Part shown: in pieces, positions 49,205-58,495 of the stretch
How positions within the stretch are numbered: the stretch's first letter is position 1
Layout of the letters: every line of letters starts with the position of its first letter
NCBI GenBank assembly: GCA_965656375.1
Contig: CBFHKH010000001.1
Coordinates: 13,432-77,431, forward strand
Direction: 5' to 3'
DNA: 64,000 bases
Origin: Minisyncoccia bacterium
Lineage (GTDB): Bacteria; Patescibacteriota; Minisyncoccia; Phycocordibacterales; UBA9973
Notes under the pieces: generated by a model
Told to the model about the DNA's origin: nothing
The model's database searches: none
Seen by the model: only the letters and a program-made list of their open reading frames with translations
Made by a program: the position numbers and the translations under genes

Positions 49205-50518
49205 ATGTCATCACTTCGATTTAAAATTGAAAAGAAACTCGAGGGTGGTCTTGGTCGTGCAGGTACCATCGAGACTCCTCATGGAATGATACAGACACCT
49301 GCGTTCGTTGTTGTCGGTACAAAGGCTGCCGTTAAAGCAATGACCCCAGAACAGGTCCGTGATAGTGGCGCTCAAGTTGTCCTTGCTAACACGTACCATT
49401 TGTATCTACAGCCAGGTGATGAATTGGTGCGAGATGTAGGAGGTCTCCAAACATTTATGAATTGGTCCGGTCCTACCATGACCGACTCAGGGGGATTCCA
49501 GGTCTTTTCGCTCGGCGCAGCTTATGGGAAAGAGATTTCAAAAGTAACTACGGTTACCGATCCTAATTTTTTAATACCAGAGCGATCAATTGATAGCGTG
49601 ATTCCACTCGCAAAGATCAGTAATGATGGCGTGTCATTCAAGTCGCACCTCGATGGCACAATGCACTATATTACTCCGGAGAAATCGATCGAGATTCAGC
49701 ATAACCTCGGCGCTGATATTATCTTTGCATTTGATGAGTGCACATCTCCAACTGAAAATGAGAAATATCAAGACGAAGCACTTTCTCGTACCCATGCATG
49801 GGCAAAGAGAAGTCTTGAAAAACACAAACAATTAGAAAATATGAAACTGGATGGGAAACAGATGCTTTCTCGCGATTCGCACTCTGCCCTGAATATGACA
49901 AATAAGAGTAGGGAAGCGGAGATCGCAGAAAGCACTGTTTCCCATCCGTTATATCCTCAAGCATTATTTGGGATTGTCCAAGGTGGGCGATCGGAAGTAT
50001 TGCGGAAGAAATCTGCCGAGGTAATCGGTGCAATGGATTTTGATGGGTTCGGTATCGGTGGAAGTTTTGCCAAGGAAGATATGTCGACTGCAGTAAAGTG
50101 GGTCAACGAAATACTGCCGGAGGAAAAACCACGGCATTTGCTTGGTATTGGGGAGCCGGAAGATTTATTTATGGGAGTAGAGAATGGTGTCGACCTCTTT
50201 GACTGCGTCGGACCGACACGGATCGCTCGTAATGGGACTCTGTTTACAAAAAACGGAAAGATAAATCTTTTTAATGCACAGTTCGTAAACGATTTTAATC
50301 CAGTTGAGAAAGACTGCGGTTGCTACACATGCAAGAATTACACGCTCGCATATGTATCACACCTCTTTCGTGCAAAAGAGATGGAGGCTGCAACCCTTGC
50401 GTCCATTCACAATGTCTATTTTATAACAAAGCTTGTTTCTGATATGCGTCAGGCGATCCTAAATAATACATTTTCTACATTCAAAGAAAGTTTCTTACAT
50501 CTCTATTTGCATAAATAG
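49205..50518 (+). CDS. tgt: tRNA-guanine transglycosylase
   Basis: TPAFVVVGT, ANTYHL, TDSGGFQVFSL, FGIVQGG, PRHLLGIG, zinc site CGCYTC..HN; ATG at 49205. Confidence 0.96.
   Translation: MSSLRFKIEKKLEGGLGRAGTIETPHGMIQTPAFVVVGTKAAVKAMTPEQVRDSGAQVVLANTYHLYLQPGDELVRDVGGLQTFMNWSGPTMTDSGGFQVFSLGAAYGKEISKVTTVTDPNFLIPERSIDSVIPLAKISNDGVSFKSHLDGTMHYITPEKSIEIQHNLGADIIFAFDECTSPTENEKYQDEALSRTHAWAKRSLEKHKQLENMKLDGKQMLSRDSHSALNMTNKSREAEIAESTVSHPLYPQALFGIVQGGRSEVLRKKSAEVIGAMDFDGFGIGGSFAKEDMSTAVKWVNEILPEEKPRHLLGIGEPEDLFMGVENGVDLFDCVGPTRIARNGTLFTKNGKINLFNAQFVNDFNPVEKDCGCYTCKNYTLAYVSHLFRAKEMEAATLASIHNVYFITKLVSDMRQAILNNTFSTFKESFLHLYLHK
49849..49947. repeat. 99-nt hairpin element, in frame in tgt
   Basis: Terminal 13-bp inverted repeat GGATGGGAAACAG/CTGTTTCCCATCC continuing into TGCTTTCT/AGAAAGCA. 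Confidence 0.8.
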
Positions 50519-50572
50519 TTTCTTTGTGGTTAAATTGCTTTAAAATTTAACTAAAACCTAAAACGAAATATC

Positions 50573-51175
50573 ATGAAACTTTCAGAATTTTTGATTGCAA
50601 ACAATCTTCAAAAACCTCTTATTGCTTTACAGGGTGATATTTTTAAAACCCCTGCTGATCACATTGCGTTTGGCGTACATTGGCGAAATAAAAAAGGCGA
50701 ACTCAATAATTCGAATGGTGGTTTTGCCGGACAGGTAGCAAAGTATGGCTGGCCAGAACTTGCAACACTGGAATTTGAAAAAGGTAAGCCAGTTTCAAAA
50801 TGGATAAAAGGAAAATGCTTTCATGCATTACCTATACATACAAATGAAGTTGGTGGATGGGATGAAGCTCCACAGTTGATTGAAGAATGTCTCAATATAC
50901 TACCTGTTTCAAGTACGGAAGTTATCGCTTGTATTTTAATGGGAGGTGGATACGCTGGATTAAAATACAAAGCTACTGTGAACAACATAGAAGGTATTTT
51001 AAAAACATACAAGACAACAGTTTTGTATGTGTATGATGAGGTTTTGTACAATGCGCTTGTTGGTACCGGAGTTGTTGCCGCAGGTATCCCATTACATGGC
51101 TCTCTTATAAATCTGCCAAAAGTATTTAAGTACGGGGAAAAAAATCTTGCAGAAGTTTTAGAATTGCAAAGCTAA
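50573..51175 (+). CDS. Putative divergent macrodomain (ADP-ribose binding/processing) protein
   Basis: QGDIF..ADHIAFGV, GGFAGQV and IACILMGGGYAGL match the macrodomain motif order. Confidence 0.55.
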   Translation: MKLSEFLIANNLQKPLIALQGDIFKTPADHIAFGVHWRNKKGELNNSNGGFAGQVAKYGWPELATLEFEKGKPVSKWIKGKCFHALPIHTNEVGGWDEAPQLIEECLNILPVSSTEVIACILMGGGYAGLKYKATVNNIEGILKTYKTTVLYVYDEVLYNALVGTGVVAAGIPLHGSLINLPKVFKYGEKNLAEVLELQS

Positions 51176-51202
51176 GTTTTAGATCATATCTTTATATCAT
51201 AC

Positions 51203-51228
51203 AAGCCGGCAATATGCCCGGCTTTTTT
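51203..51228 (+). terminator. Intrinsic terminator
   Basis: AAGCCGG...CCGGCTTTTTT. Confidence 0.7.
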
Positions 51229-51262
51229 ATTGCTCGCTTGACGGCTGTGCTATTATGGATAG

Positions 51263-53437
51263 ATGGCAAAGGTTTTCAAATTAAAAAGCGAATACAAGCC
51301 TGATGGTGACCAGCCAAAGGCTATTTCAGAGTTGCTGAATGGGCTCAAGAAGGGGATGGGAAAACAGACGCTTCTCGGTGCCACAGGTACTGGCAAGACC
51401 TTCACTATGGCTAATGTCATAGAGGAGTGGAACAAGCCGACGCTTGTAATCGCACATAACAAAACGCTCGCAGCTCAGCTTGCCCAAGAATTCCGAGAGT
51501 TCTTCCCGGATGCTGCTGTACACTATTTTGTATCATACTATGACTACTATCAGCCGGAAGCATATATGCCGGTCACTGATACCTATATCGAAAAAGACGC
51601 CCAGATCAACAAGGAGATAGATCGTCTTCGTCATGCGACTACGCAAGCCTTGCTCACTCGTAAAGACGTGATTATCGTCGCTTCTGTTTCCTGCATCTAC
51701 GGCCTGGGTTCACCTGAAGAATATGAAAAGGTGAATCTCAAACTTGCAACTGGTATGAAGATGGATCGGACGACACTTATGAAAAAGCTTATCGAAGTGC
51801 ATTTCGAACGTACGAATGCTGATATAAATTCCGGACAGTTCCGATCAATCGGTGCAAAGGTTGAAGTTATGCCGGTATCTGAGACGTTTGTGTATCAGAT
51901 AGAGTTTGCAGGCGGAGCGATCTCTCGCATCGCCAAAGTTGATCCAGTTTCATCGCATATCTTGAAAGAAGAGGAGAATATTTTTCTCTTTCCCACCAAA
52001 CACTTCATCACGGAGAAGGATCAGATAGATCGTGCGATCAAAAGCATCAAAGCGGAACTTGCATCACAGCTAAAATATTTCGAAAAGGAAGGCAAGCTTC
52101 TCGAAGCTGAGCGTATCAAGCGCCGTACGAGCTACGACTTGGCGATGATAAAGGAGATCGGCTATTGTAACGGTATTGAAAACTATTCTCGCCACCTATC
52201 AGGAAAGAGAGAAGGTGAACCACCAGAGACACTCCTCTCATATTTCCCCGAAGGATTCCTCACTATCATCGACGAATCGCATGTAACCCTTCCGCAACTA
52301 AATGGTATGTATGCGGGTGATGCATCTCGTAAGAACACACTTGTCGAGTTTGGTTTTCGTCTGCCATCTGCAAAAGATAATCGACCGCTCAAATACCCAG
52401 AGTTCGAAGAGCGCATCGGCCAGGTTGTGTATGTGTCGGCAACACCATCAAACATTGAGAAAGAATCAAGCGAGCAGATCGTCGAGCAGATCATTCGTCC
52501 AACTGGGCTCATTGATCCAGAGGTTATTGTTCGACCAGTGAGTGCAGATGTGGTTTCGACTCCGATTGCGGAAGAGGATTTTTCGAGGTCCTCGGGTAGG
52601 TTCATCAGACCATCAAAAAATCCTCTTCCGCAATCTCCATACCCAGGGCAAATTCAGGATTTTATTGCTGAAGCAGAAACTACTATCAAAAAAGGTTTCC
52701 GAGTGCTTGCGACTACGCTCACCAAGCGCATGGCTGAGGACCTTTCTACGTATTTAAAAGATAAAGGTATCAAAGCTGAGTATCTCCATAGTGAGATTAA
52801 AACAATAGAGAGAATTCAGATACTGACTGCATTTCGAAAAGGAGATATGGATATTCTCGTCGGTGTGAACTTGCTTCGTGAAGGATTAGATTTGCCAGAA
52901 GTTGCACTTATCGGAATACTCGATGCCGACAAAGAAGGATTCCTTCGTTCGGAGACGTCACTCATCCAGACTATCGGTCGCGCAGCCCGTAATGTTGAGG
53001 GCCGTGTAATACTGTATGCAGATGTTATGACAGGCTCACTAGAGCGTGCGATAGGGGAGACGAATCGAAGACGTGCGATTCAGATAGCGTATAACAAAAA
53101 GCACGGTATCACCCCAAAGACTATTCTCAAAAAAATTAAAGATATTACCGAAGATCTTGAGGATAAACACGAGAAAGCAGTCAACGCAGAACTCGATCTT
53201 GATATAGAACTCTTCAAGAAAGCATTTGCAAAAGACAAGAATAAGAAAGGGAAAACCGAGAAGGACTCGGTCAAAAATCTTCTAATCTCTGACGAAGAGA
53301 GAAATAAGACAGTATATGAAAAGATAATCAAGATCAAAGAAAAAGAAATGAACAGTGCGGTTAAAACGCTCGATTTTGAAACAGCAGCAATTTTACGCGA
53401 CGAGATTATGGTATTGAAACAAAGAATGGAGAAATAG
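51263..53437 (+). CDS. uvrB: Excinuclease ABC subunit B
   Basis: GDQPKAI, LLGATGTGKT, FVSYYDYYQPEAY, DESH, NLLREGLD, QTIGRAARN, C-terminal UVR domain. Confidence 0.98.
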   Translation: MAKVFKLKSEYKPDGDQPKAISELLNGLKKGMGKQTLLGATGTGKTFTMANVIEEWNKPTLVIAHNKTLAAQLAQEFREFFPDAAVHYFVSYYDYYQPEAYMPVTDTYIEKDAQINKEIDRLRHATTQALLTRKDVIIVASVSCIYGLGSPEEYEKVNLKLATGMKMDRTTLMKKLIEVHFERTNADINSGQFRSIGAKVEVMPVSETFVYQIEFAGGAISRIAKVDPVSSHILKEEENIFLFPTKHFITEKDQIDRAIKSIKAELASQLKYFEKEGKLLEAERIKRRTSYDLAMIKEIGYCNGIENYSRHLSGKREGEPPETLLSYFPEGFLTIIDESHVTLPQLNGMYAGDASRKNTLVEFGFRLPSAKDNRPLKYPEFEERIGQVVYVSATPSNIEKESSEQIVEQIIRPTGLIDPEVIVRPVSADVVSTPIAEEDFSRSSGRFIRPSKNPLPQSPYPGQIQDFIAEAETTIKKGFRVLATTLTKRMAEDLSTYLKDKGIKAEYLHSEIKTIERIQILTAFRKGDMDILVGVNLLREGLDLPEVALIGILDADKEGFLRSETSLIQTIGRAARNVEGRVILYADVMTGSLERAIGETNRRRAIQIAYNKKHGITPKTILKKIKDITEDLEDKHEKAVNAELDLDIELFKKAFAKDKNKKGKTEKDSVKNLLISDEERNKTVYEKIIKIKEKEMNSAVKTLDFETAAILRDEIMVLKQRMEK
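52564..52635. repeat. 72-nt hairpin element, in frame in uvrB
   Basis: Perfect 20-bp inverted repeat GATTGCGGAAGAGGATTTTT/AAAAATCCTCTTCCGCAATC enclosing a core shared with the rpsB-tsf spacer. Confidence 0.85.
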
Positions 53438-53470
53438 AAATGGACATGCAAATTGATTGCATGTCCATTT
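53438..53470. terminator. Bidirectional terminator after uvrB
   Basis: AAATGGACATGCAA-attga-TTGCATGTCCATTT. Confidence 0.75.
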
Positions 53471-53485
53471 TTGTCTTATTCTTTC

Positions 53486-53947
53486 TTAATACACTTTTAT
53501 TTTCCCTGATACAATATCTTCCGCTCGGCTGATACATTTACCCATTTGAAAGATATTCTTATTTGCTTTATGGATATCGTAGGTATCTTTGAGGCTATCC
53601 AGATATTCCTTTATCTTTTTGTTCTTCGTGTAGAATATTTTCTCTTTAAGAAGCAATTCATTTTTATCTGCAATGTTGAGGAGAAAAATATCTTCATTGT
53701 TAGAGAACCATATTATTTTTGCAAAAAAGCTGTTTTTATCCTTTCCAAAAGTAGTAAAGTGAATTGAAGCACTGTTTTTTGTAAAGTCTGACAGCCCTCT
53801 GCCATCTGCACAATCTATTCCACTCGAAAATAATAAGAATTTTCTAAATTTATCAAGTAAAATTATCGGGCTACCTAGAATAAAGAAATCCAACACATCT
53901 CTATTCTGACCGACGATTTTCTGGGATTGAATATATATGGCTTTCAT
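53486..53947 (-). CDS. Hypothetical protein (AT-rich orphan)
   Basis: 153-aa ORF with ATG and A-rich leader, convergent on the uvrB terminator. Confidence 0.6.
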   Translation of the reverse strand: MKAIYIQSQKIVGQNRDVLDFFILGSPIILLDKFRKFLLFSSGIDCADGRGLSDFTKNSASIHFTTFGKDKNSFFAKIIWFSNNEDIFLLNIADKNELLLKEKIFYTKNKKIKEYLDSLKDTYDIHKANKNIFQMGKCISRAEDIVSGKIKVY

Positions 53948-54066
53948 ATGCTTTGTTTTTAAAGGTTATCAAATAGAGTACTTACTTAAAAAATACTACT
54001 GAGATTGACTTTTGTCAATCAATAGAAAAACCGCAAGCAGTTTTTCTATTTGCGGTTTCAGATATT

Positions 54067-54363
54067 TCACCAACTCTTTACTTTAAAATACATTATCACT
54101 AAAGTTAATAGCCAGATTAAAAAGGCAATTCCCCATAATTTAAAGGGAAGTGGATCCACCATGCCTATTTTCTTGTACGCTTTGTACAAGCTAAAGATGA
54201 TAATTAATGCAGGTAAAGCAATGCTTAATTGGATAAACAATATCCAACCAAACAGATTTGTAGCTGCACTTTCTTTTGTAAAAAATACACACGCAACGAT
54301 CAATTCAATGATTGAAGTAACAATTGCTACCCAGGCAAAGGGCTTTAAGAAGTTATTTTTCAT
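54067..54363 (-). CDS. Hypothetical 3-TM membrane protein (orphan)
   Basis: 98 aa, three hydrophobic helices; own promoter upstream. Confidence 0.65.
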   Translation of the reverse strand: MKNNFLKPFAWVAIVTSIIELIVACVFFTKESAATNLFGWILFIQLSIALPALIIIFSLYKAYKKIGMVDPLPFKLWGIAFLIWLLTLVIMYFKVKSW

Positions 54364-54408
54364 AATGAGTAGTTTTTCCTCATAAAGAGGGCTATAAAAT
54401 TTTTTCTT

Positions 54409-54437
54409 AGTATACTATTAAAATATAACTTTGTCAA
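54409..54437 (-). promoter_or_regulatory. Sigma70-type promoter for the orphan at 54363
   Basis: Minus strand TTGACA-17 bp-TATACT. Confidence 0.7.
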
Positions 54438-54519
54438 TGATTGACGTGTATGCTACAATTATTACATAGATAAATAGAGATACACCCCCACTATGTATAT
54501 TGTGGAGGGATGCGTTTGT

Positions 54520-57114
54520 ATGAAAAAAGACACACATGACAAAATAATAGTAAAAGGGGCACGCACTCATAACTTGAAGAACATCAATGTAGAAATGCCA
54601 CGCAACAAAATGGTGGTTATTACTGGCATGTCAGGGTCTGGAAAGTCTTCACTTGCATTCGATACGATCTTTGCAGAAGGTCAGCGTCGCTATGTCGAAT
54701 CACTTTCAGCGTACGCTCGCCAATTCCTAAACCAAATGCCAAAGCCTGATGTTGATGAGATCAGCGGCCTTTCCCCAGCAATTTCAATTGATCAGAAATC
54801 GCGTTCAAACAATCCTCGCTCAACAGTAGCGACGATCACCGAGATATACGACTATCTTCGTGTTCTCTATGCACGTATTGGCCGACCACACTGTCCAGAA
54901 TGCGGCGATGAGATCCAGAAACTCTCAAATGAAGAGATCATGAATTTCGCTCTCAAAAAGATCAAAGCTCATAAGAAACCAGATTCAAAAAAGAAAGTCA
55001 TGGGCGTCGAATGGGATGAAACTCCGATTTCAATATATTCTCCTGTCATTCGAGGAAGAAAAGGCGAATACTATCAGTTGCTCTATGATCTCTTAAATAA
55101 AGGTTTCTCAAAAGTCCGCATGGATGGAGAGATTCGCAACCTTCGCGAACGTATTGATATCTCAAAGACCAAAAAGCACGACATTGATGTACTTGTAGAT
55201 TCTTTCCAGATTCATGAATTCCACGACACTCCAGATGATGCTCGTATGCGACTTGCCGAGGCTATTGAGCGCGCGCTTGTCGAGTCCGAAGGGTTGGTGA
55301 CTATCGCTATCGCTGATGAAGAATTCCTTATGTCTTCAAAGTTTGCCTGTCCTCGTGATGGATTCTCATTCCCTGAAGTTGAACCGAGATTGTTCTCTTT
55401 CAATTCACCATACGGTGCATGTCCTACGTGTAACGGTCTTGGTACCAAATACTTTGGTGGAACTGAACCATGCGATGATTGTGGTGGTGCGAGACTTCGT
55501 ACTGAAGCGCTTCATGTATACCTTGGTAAGACAAAAGGTATCAATATCGTAAAGCTAACACATCTCTCAATCGCTGAAGTTGCCGACTACTTTATTGAGC
55601 TCGAACTCAACGAACAAGAAAAAGAAATTTCTAAAGTCGTGATTAAAGAAATCGAGGCTCGCATTCAATTCCTCCTCAATGTGGGACTTGAGTATCTTTC
55701 ACTTGATCGTAAGGCAAATACGCTCTCTGGTGGGGAAGCGCAGCGTATTCGCTTAGCTTCCCAGTTGGGTTCTCGTCTTGTTGGGGCGCTCTATGTGCTC
55801 GATGAACCGACTATCGGCCTTCACCAGCGTGACAATGATCGCTTAATCAAGACACTTCTTGATCTTCGAGACCTTGGCAATACGATCATCGTTGTCGAGC
55901 ATGATGAAGATACAATCTATGCATCTGACTATATCGTTGATATTGGTCCAAAGGCAGGTGTTCATGGCGGTAAAGTTATCGTTTCTGATTATCTTGAACC
56001 GCTCCTTGAGGCAAAGACCAATCTTTCCAAATCCCGCACCCTTGCATATCTTCGCGATGAAGTACGTATTGAAGTACCGGAAAAGCGCCGCACCAGCGAT
56101 AAAGGGTCGCTCAAGATCGTTGGAGGGAAAGTTTTCAATATTGATAATTTAAATGCAGAAGTCCCACTTGGCAAAATGGTAGTTATTACGGGCGTCTCTG
56201 GATCTGGCAAGAGTTCCTTTATGTATGAGATCCTGCACAAGAATTTGCAAACACGGTATGAGCGGAAGACTCGCAGTGCAAATATTTACAACTGCGCATC
56301 ATTTACCGGAACCGAATACCTGTCGCGTGCGATTCTCATTGATCAGTCGGCTATTGGTCGTACGCCGCGTTCAAACATCGCTACCTATACCGGAGCGTTC
56401 ACGCATATTCGTGATTTGTTTGCTGCGACCGATGATGCTCGTCTTCGTGGATGGAAGTCGAACCGATTCTCATTCAATGTCAAAGGTGGACGCTGCGAAG
56501 CATGTGAGGGGAATGGAGAAATAGCAGTAGAAATGCATTTCTTGCCGACAGTGTACGTGACCTGTGATGTCTGTAACGGCAAGCGCTTTGATAAAGAAAC
56601 ACTCACAGTCAAATACAAAAAGAAAAATGTATACGAAGTTCTCCAGCTTACCATCGAAGAAGCAGTAGTGTTTTTTGAAGATATTCCAAATGTATATGAT
56701 AGATTAAAGACACTTATGGATGTAGGCTTGGGGTACATCAAGCTTGGTCAGTCTGCTACGACGCTCTCTGGTGGGGAAGCGCAGCGTGTAAAGATTTCTT
56801 CGGAGCTCTATCGTCCGCATCTTGAAAAGACGATTTACCTTCTCGATGAGCCAACTGTCGGACTTCACTATGATGATGTGGCAAAACTTTTAGAAGTATT
56901 AAATAAGCTTGTAGACAAGGGTAACACCGTTGTCCTCATCGAACACAGCATGGATATCATCAAATGCGCTGATTATCTGATCGATATTGGTCCAGAAGGC
57001 GGAACAGGTGGTGGTAAAATCGTTGCTCGCGGTACACCAGAGGAAGTTGCCAATACTCCCGGATCCTATACAGGAAAATACCTTAAGAAAGTATTGAAAA
57101 AAAATAAAAGCTGA
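54520..57114 (+). CDS. uvrA: Excinuclease ABC subunit A
   Basis: GARTHNLKN, two Walker A (GSGKSS), two LSGGEAQR, zinc fingers, FSFN; ATG 54520 preferred over 54493. Confidence 0.98.
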   Translation: MKKDTHDKIIVKGARTHNLKNINVEMPRNKMVVITGMSGSGKSSLAFDTIFAEGQRRYVESLSAYARQFLNQMPKPDVDEISGLSPAISIDQKSRSNNPRSTVATITEIYDYLRVLYARIGRPHCPECGDEIQKLSNEEIMNFALKKIKAHKKPDSKKKVMGVEWDETPISIYSPVIRGRKGEYYQLLYDLLNKGFSKVRMDGEIRNLRERIDISKTKKHDIDVLVDSFQIHEFHDTPDDARMRLAEAIERALVESEGLVTIAIADEEFLMSSKFACPRDGFSFPEVEPRLFSFNSPYGACPTCNGLGTKYFGGTEPCDDCGGARLRTEALHVYLGKTKGINIVKLTHLSIAEVADYFIELELNEQEKEISKVVIKEIEARIQFLLNVGLEYLSLDRKANTLSGGEAQRIRLASQLGSRLVGALYVLDEPTIGLHQRDNDRLIKTLLDLRDLGNTIIVVEHDEDTIYASDYIVDIGPKAGVHGGKVIVSDYLEPLLEAKTNLSKSRTLAYLRDEVRIEVPEKRRTSDKGSLKIVGGKVFNIDNLNAEVPLGKMVVITGVSGSGKSSFMYEILHKNLQTRYERKTRSANIYNCASFTGTEYLSRAILIDQSAIGRTPRSNIATYTGAFTHIRDLFAATDDARLRGWKSNRFSFNVKGGRCEACEGNGEIAVEMHFLPTVYVTCDVCNGKRFDKETLTVKYKKKNVYEVLQLTIEEAVVFFEDIPNVYDRLKTLMDVGLGYIKLGQSATTLSGGEAQRVKISSELYRPHLEKTIYLLDEPTVGLHYDDVAKLLEVLNKLVDKGNTVVLIEHSMDIIKCADYLIDIGPEGGTGGGKIVARGTPEEVANTPGSYTGKYLKKVLKKNKS

Positions 57115-57134
57115 ACTCTATGTTCAGCTTTTAT
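57104..57134. terminator. Terminator overlapping the uvrA stop codon
   Basis: ATAAAAGCTGAAC-tctat-GTTCAGCTTTTAT. Confidence 0.75.
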
Positions 57135-57176
57135 CATTATTTTGTATATCACACCTTTCTAGATATCAAGCAGAAA

Positions 57177-58025
57177 TCATCGGTACTGCACATACCAGAT
57201 GACTCTTACTGGTTGCATCGTAAAGGAATTCTTCAGTTCTATAAAGAAGTTGGAAATTCTTTTCTTATAGCTCAAACCTATTTTTTCCTTCACAACCTTC
57301 TTTTCAGGAAATAATCTTGTGCAAATTTGTAAACCCAATTCAGCATAAAAGAGGCCCGCTGTAATTGGGAGCTCATCATCTGTGTCTAAAGAGAATATCC
57401 TTACCCTCAATGTATCCTTGATCATCCACTCGATCTTTCCATATGCAGCACAGAAATTCTTCACTTCATGTGGACCCTTTGGCAGTATCACTTTTTTGAA
57501 AAGTTTATCAATGACAATGTGGGCATACGGTGAACCTATATTGTCGGTGTATAGTGTATCTCTGTATTTAAAAAGGTTGCATTCAGAGCGAAAAGTTATA
57601 AGAACTACATATCTCATCATCAAGAATCCTCTCAACCATCTTTTCATACCCTTTTTTACCAGAAATATTTTTTTTGTTGTTTCATTCAATCCGATAACCA
57701 TTTCCTTGGTAATATTCGTTTTATGGTTTGCGTCTCTAGCTAGACCATAAAAAAACTTTATAGAGATATTTCCAGTTTCTTTTTCAAGTGAGATTTTCAT
57801 TGATTTCTGAGTAAATCTTTTTTGCCTTTTGGTTATTACTAAGGTATAGACATGGTATCTATTTTCTTGAATACCTTCAGGTGCTAAGCATAATCCAGAA
57901 TAGTTTATCAACAAGTTTTTTATGAAGTTGGAAAATTTTGTTTTATGAAAAGGGGTGTAGTTAACGATTCCTTTTCGAGAAGATAATATCTTTTTTTGGG
58001 GTGGAATTGCCGCAATATTTTGCAT
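57177..58025 (-). CDS. Hypothetical basic protein (AT-rich orphan)
   Basis: 282-aa Lys-rich ORF with ATG and A-rich leader. Confidence 0.65.
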   Translation of the reverse strand: MQNIAAIPPQKKILSSRKGIVNYTPFHKTKFSNFIKNLLINYSGLCLAPEGIQENRYHVYTLVITKRQKRFTQKSMKISLEKETGNISIKFFYGLARDANHKTNITKEMVIGLNETTKKIFLVKKGMKRWLRGFLMMRYVVLITFRSECNLFKYRDTLYTDNIGSPYAHIVIDKLFKKVILPKGPHEVKNFCAAYGKIEWMIKDTLRVRIFSLDTDDELPITAGLFYAELGLQICTRLFPEKKVVKEKIGLSYKKRISNFFIELKNSFTMQPVRVIWYVQYR

Positions 58026-58125
58026 AAGAGTTAAATTTTAAAAGTTTTGAGTTTGGTTTAGATACTATAATATAGTAGATCTCCAAAAAGTCAAGAACCA
58101 AAATAAAAAGGCATCACCGTGTGGG

Positions 58126-58443
58126 CTAGCCTTTGTCTTTTCTTTTCGCTTTTCTTATTTTCACTATTACTAGTATTGTAAATACTGTTCCCATCAGGCC
58201 ACTGATAGTGGCAATTCCAGGAGAATCACATGCAAGTACCAGGATAAATAATACTATCGACAAAAAAAGATTGATAGAAATTTGTAAAATTTCCTTCCAT
58301 GAAATTTCCAGTAAATTTATAAGAAAGTAGAATACTACTAATCCAATAAAAATACTTCCACTGATCAAAATTACATCATAACTGAATCCAAAATAATTGA
58401 GGTATTCAGTTGAAGGTCCTTTTCGTTGTCCGAATAGAGGCAT
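58126..58443 (-). CDS. Hypothetical 3-TM membrane protein (orphan)
   Basis: 105 aa, three hydrophobic helices, basic C-terminus. Confidence 0.65.
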   Translation of the reverse strand: MPLFGQRKGPSTEYLNYFGFSYDVILISGSIFIGLVVFYFLINLLEISWKEILQISINLFLSIVLFILVLACDSPGIATISGLMGTVFTILVIVKIRKAKRKDKG

Positions 58444-58495
58444 ACAATTATTTTTAGAGGTTTGAAATAGCTTAGATTTATCATATAGTAAGAGG

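Noticed and set aside
52564-52635. Hammerhead ribozyme on the minus strand of the uvrB hairpin (CTGATGA...GAAA)
   Set aside because: Stem II and the three-way junction do not form properly, and the sister copy at 44773 has CTGGTGA, which breaks the catalytic core
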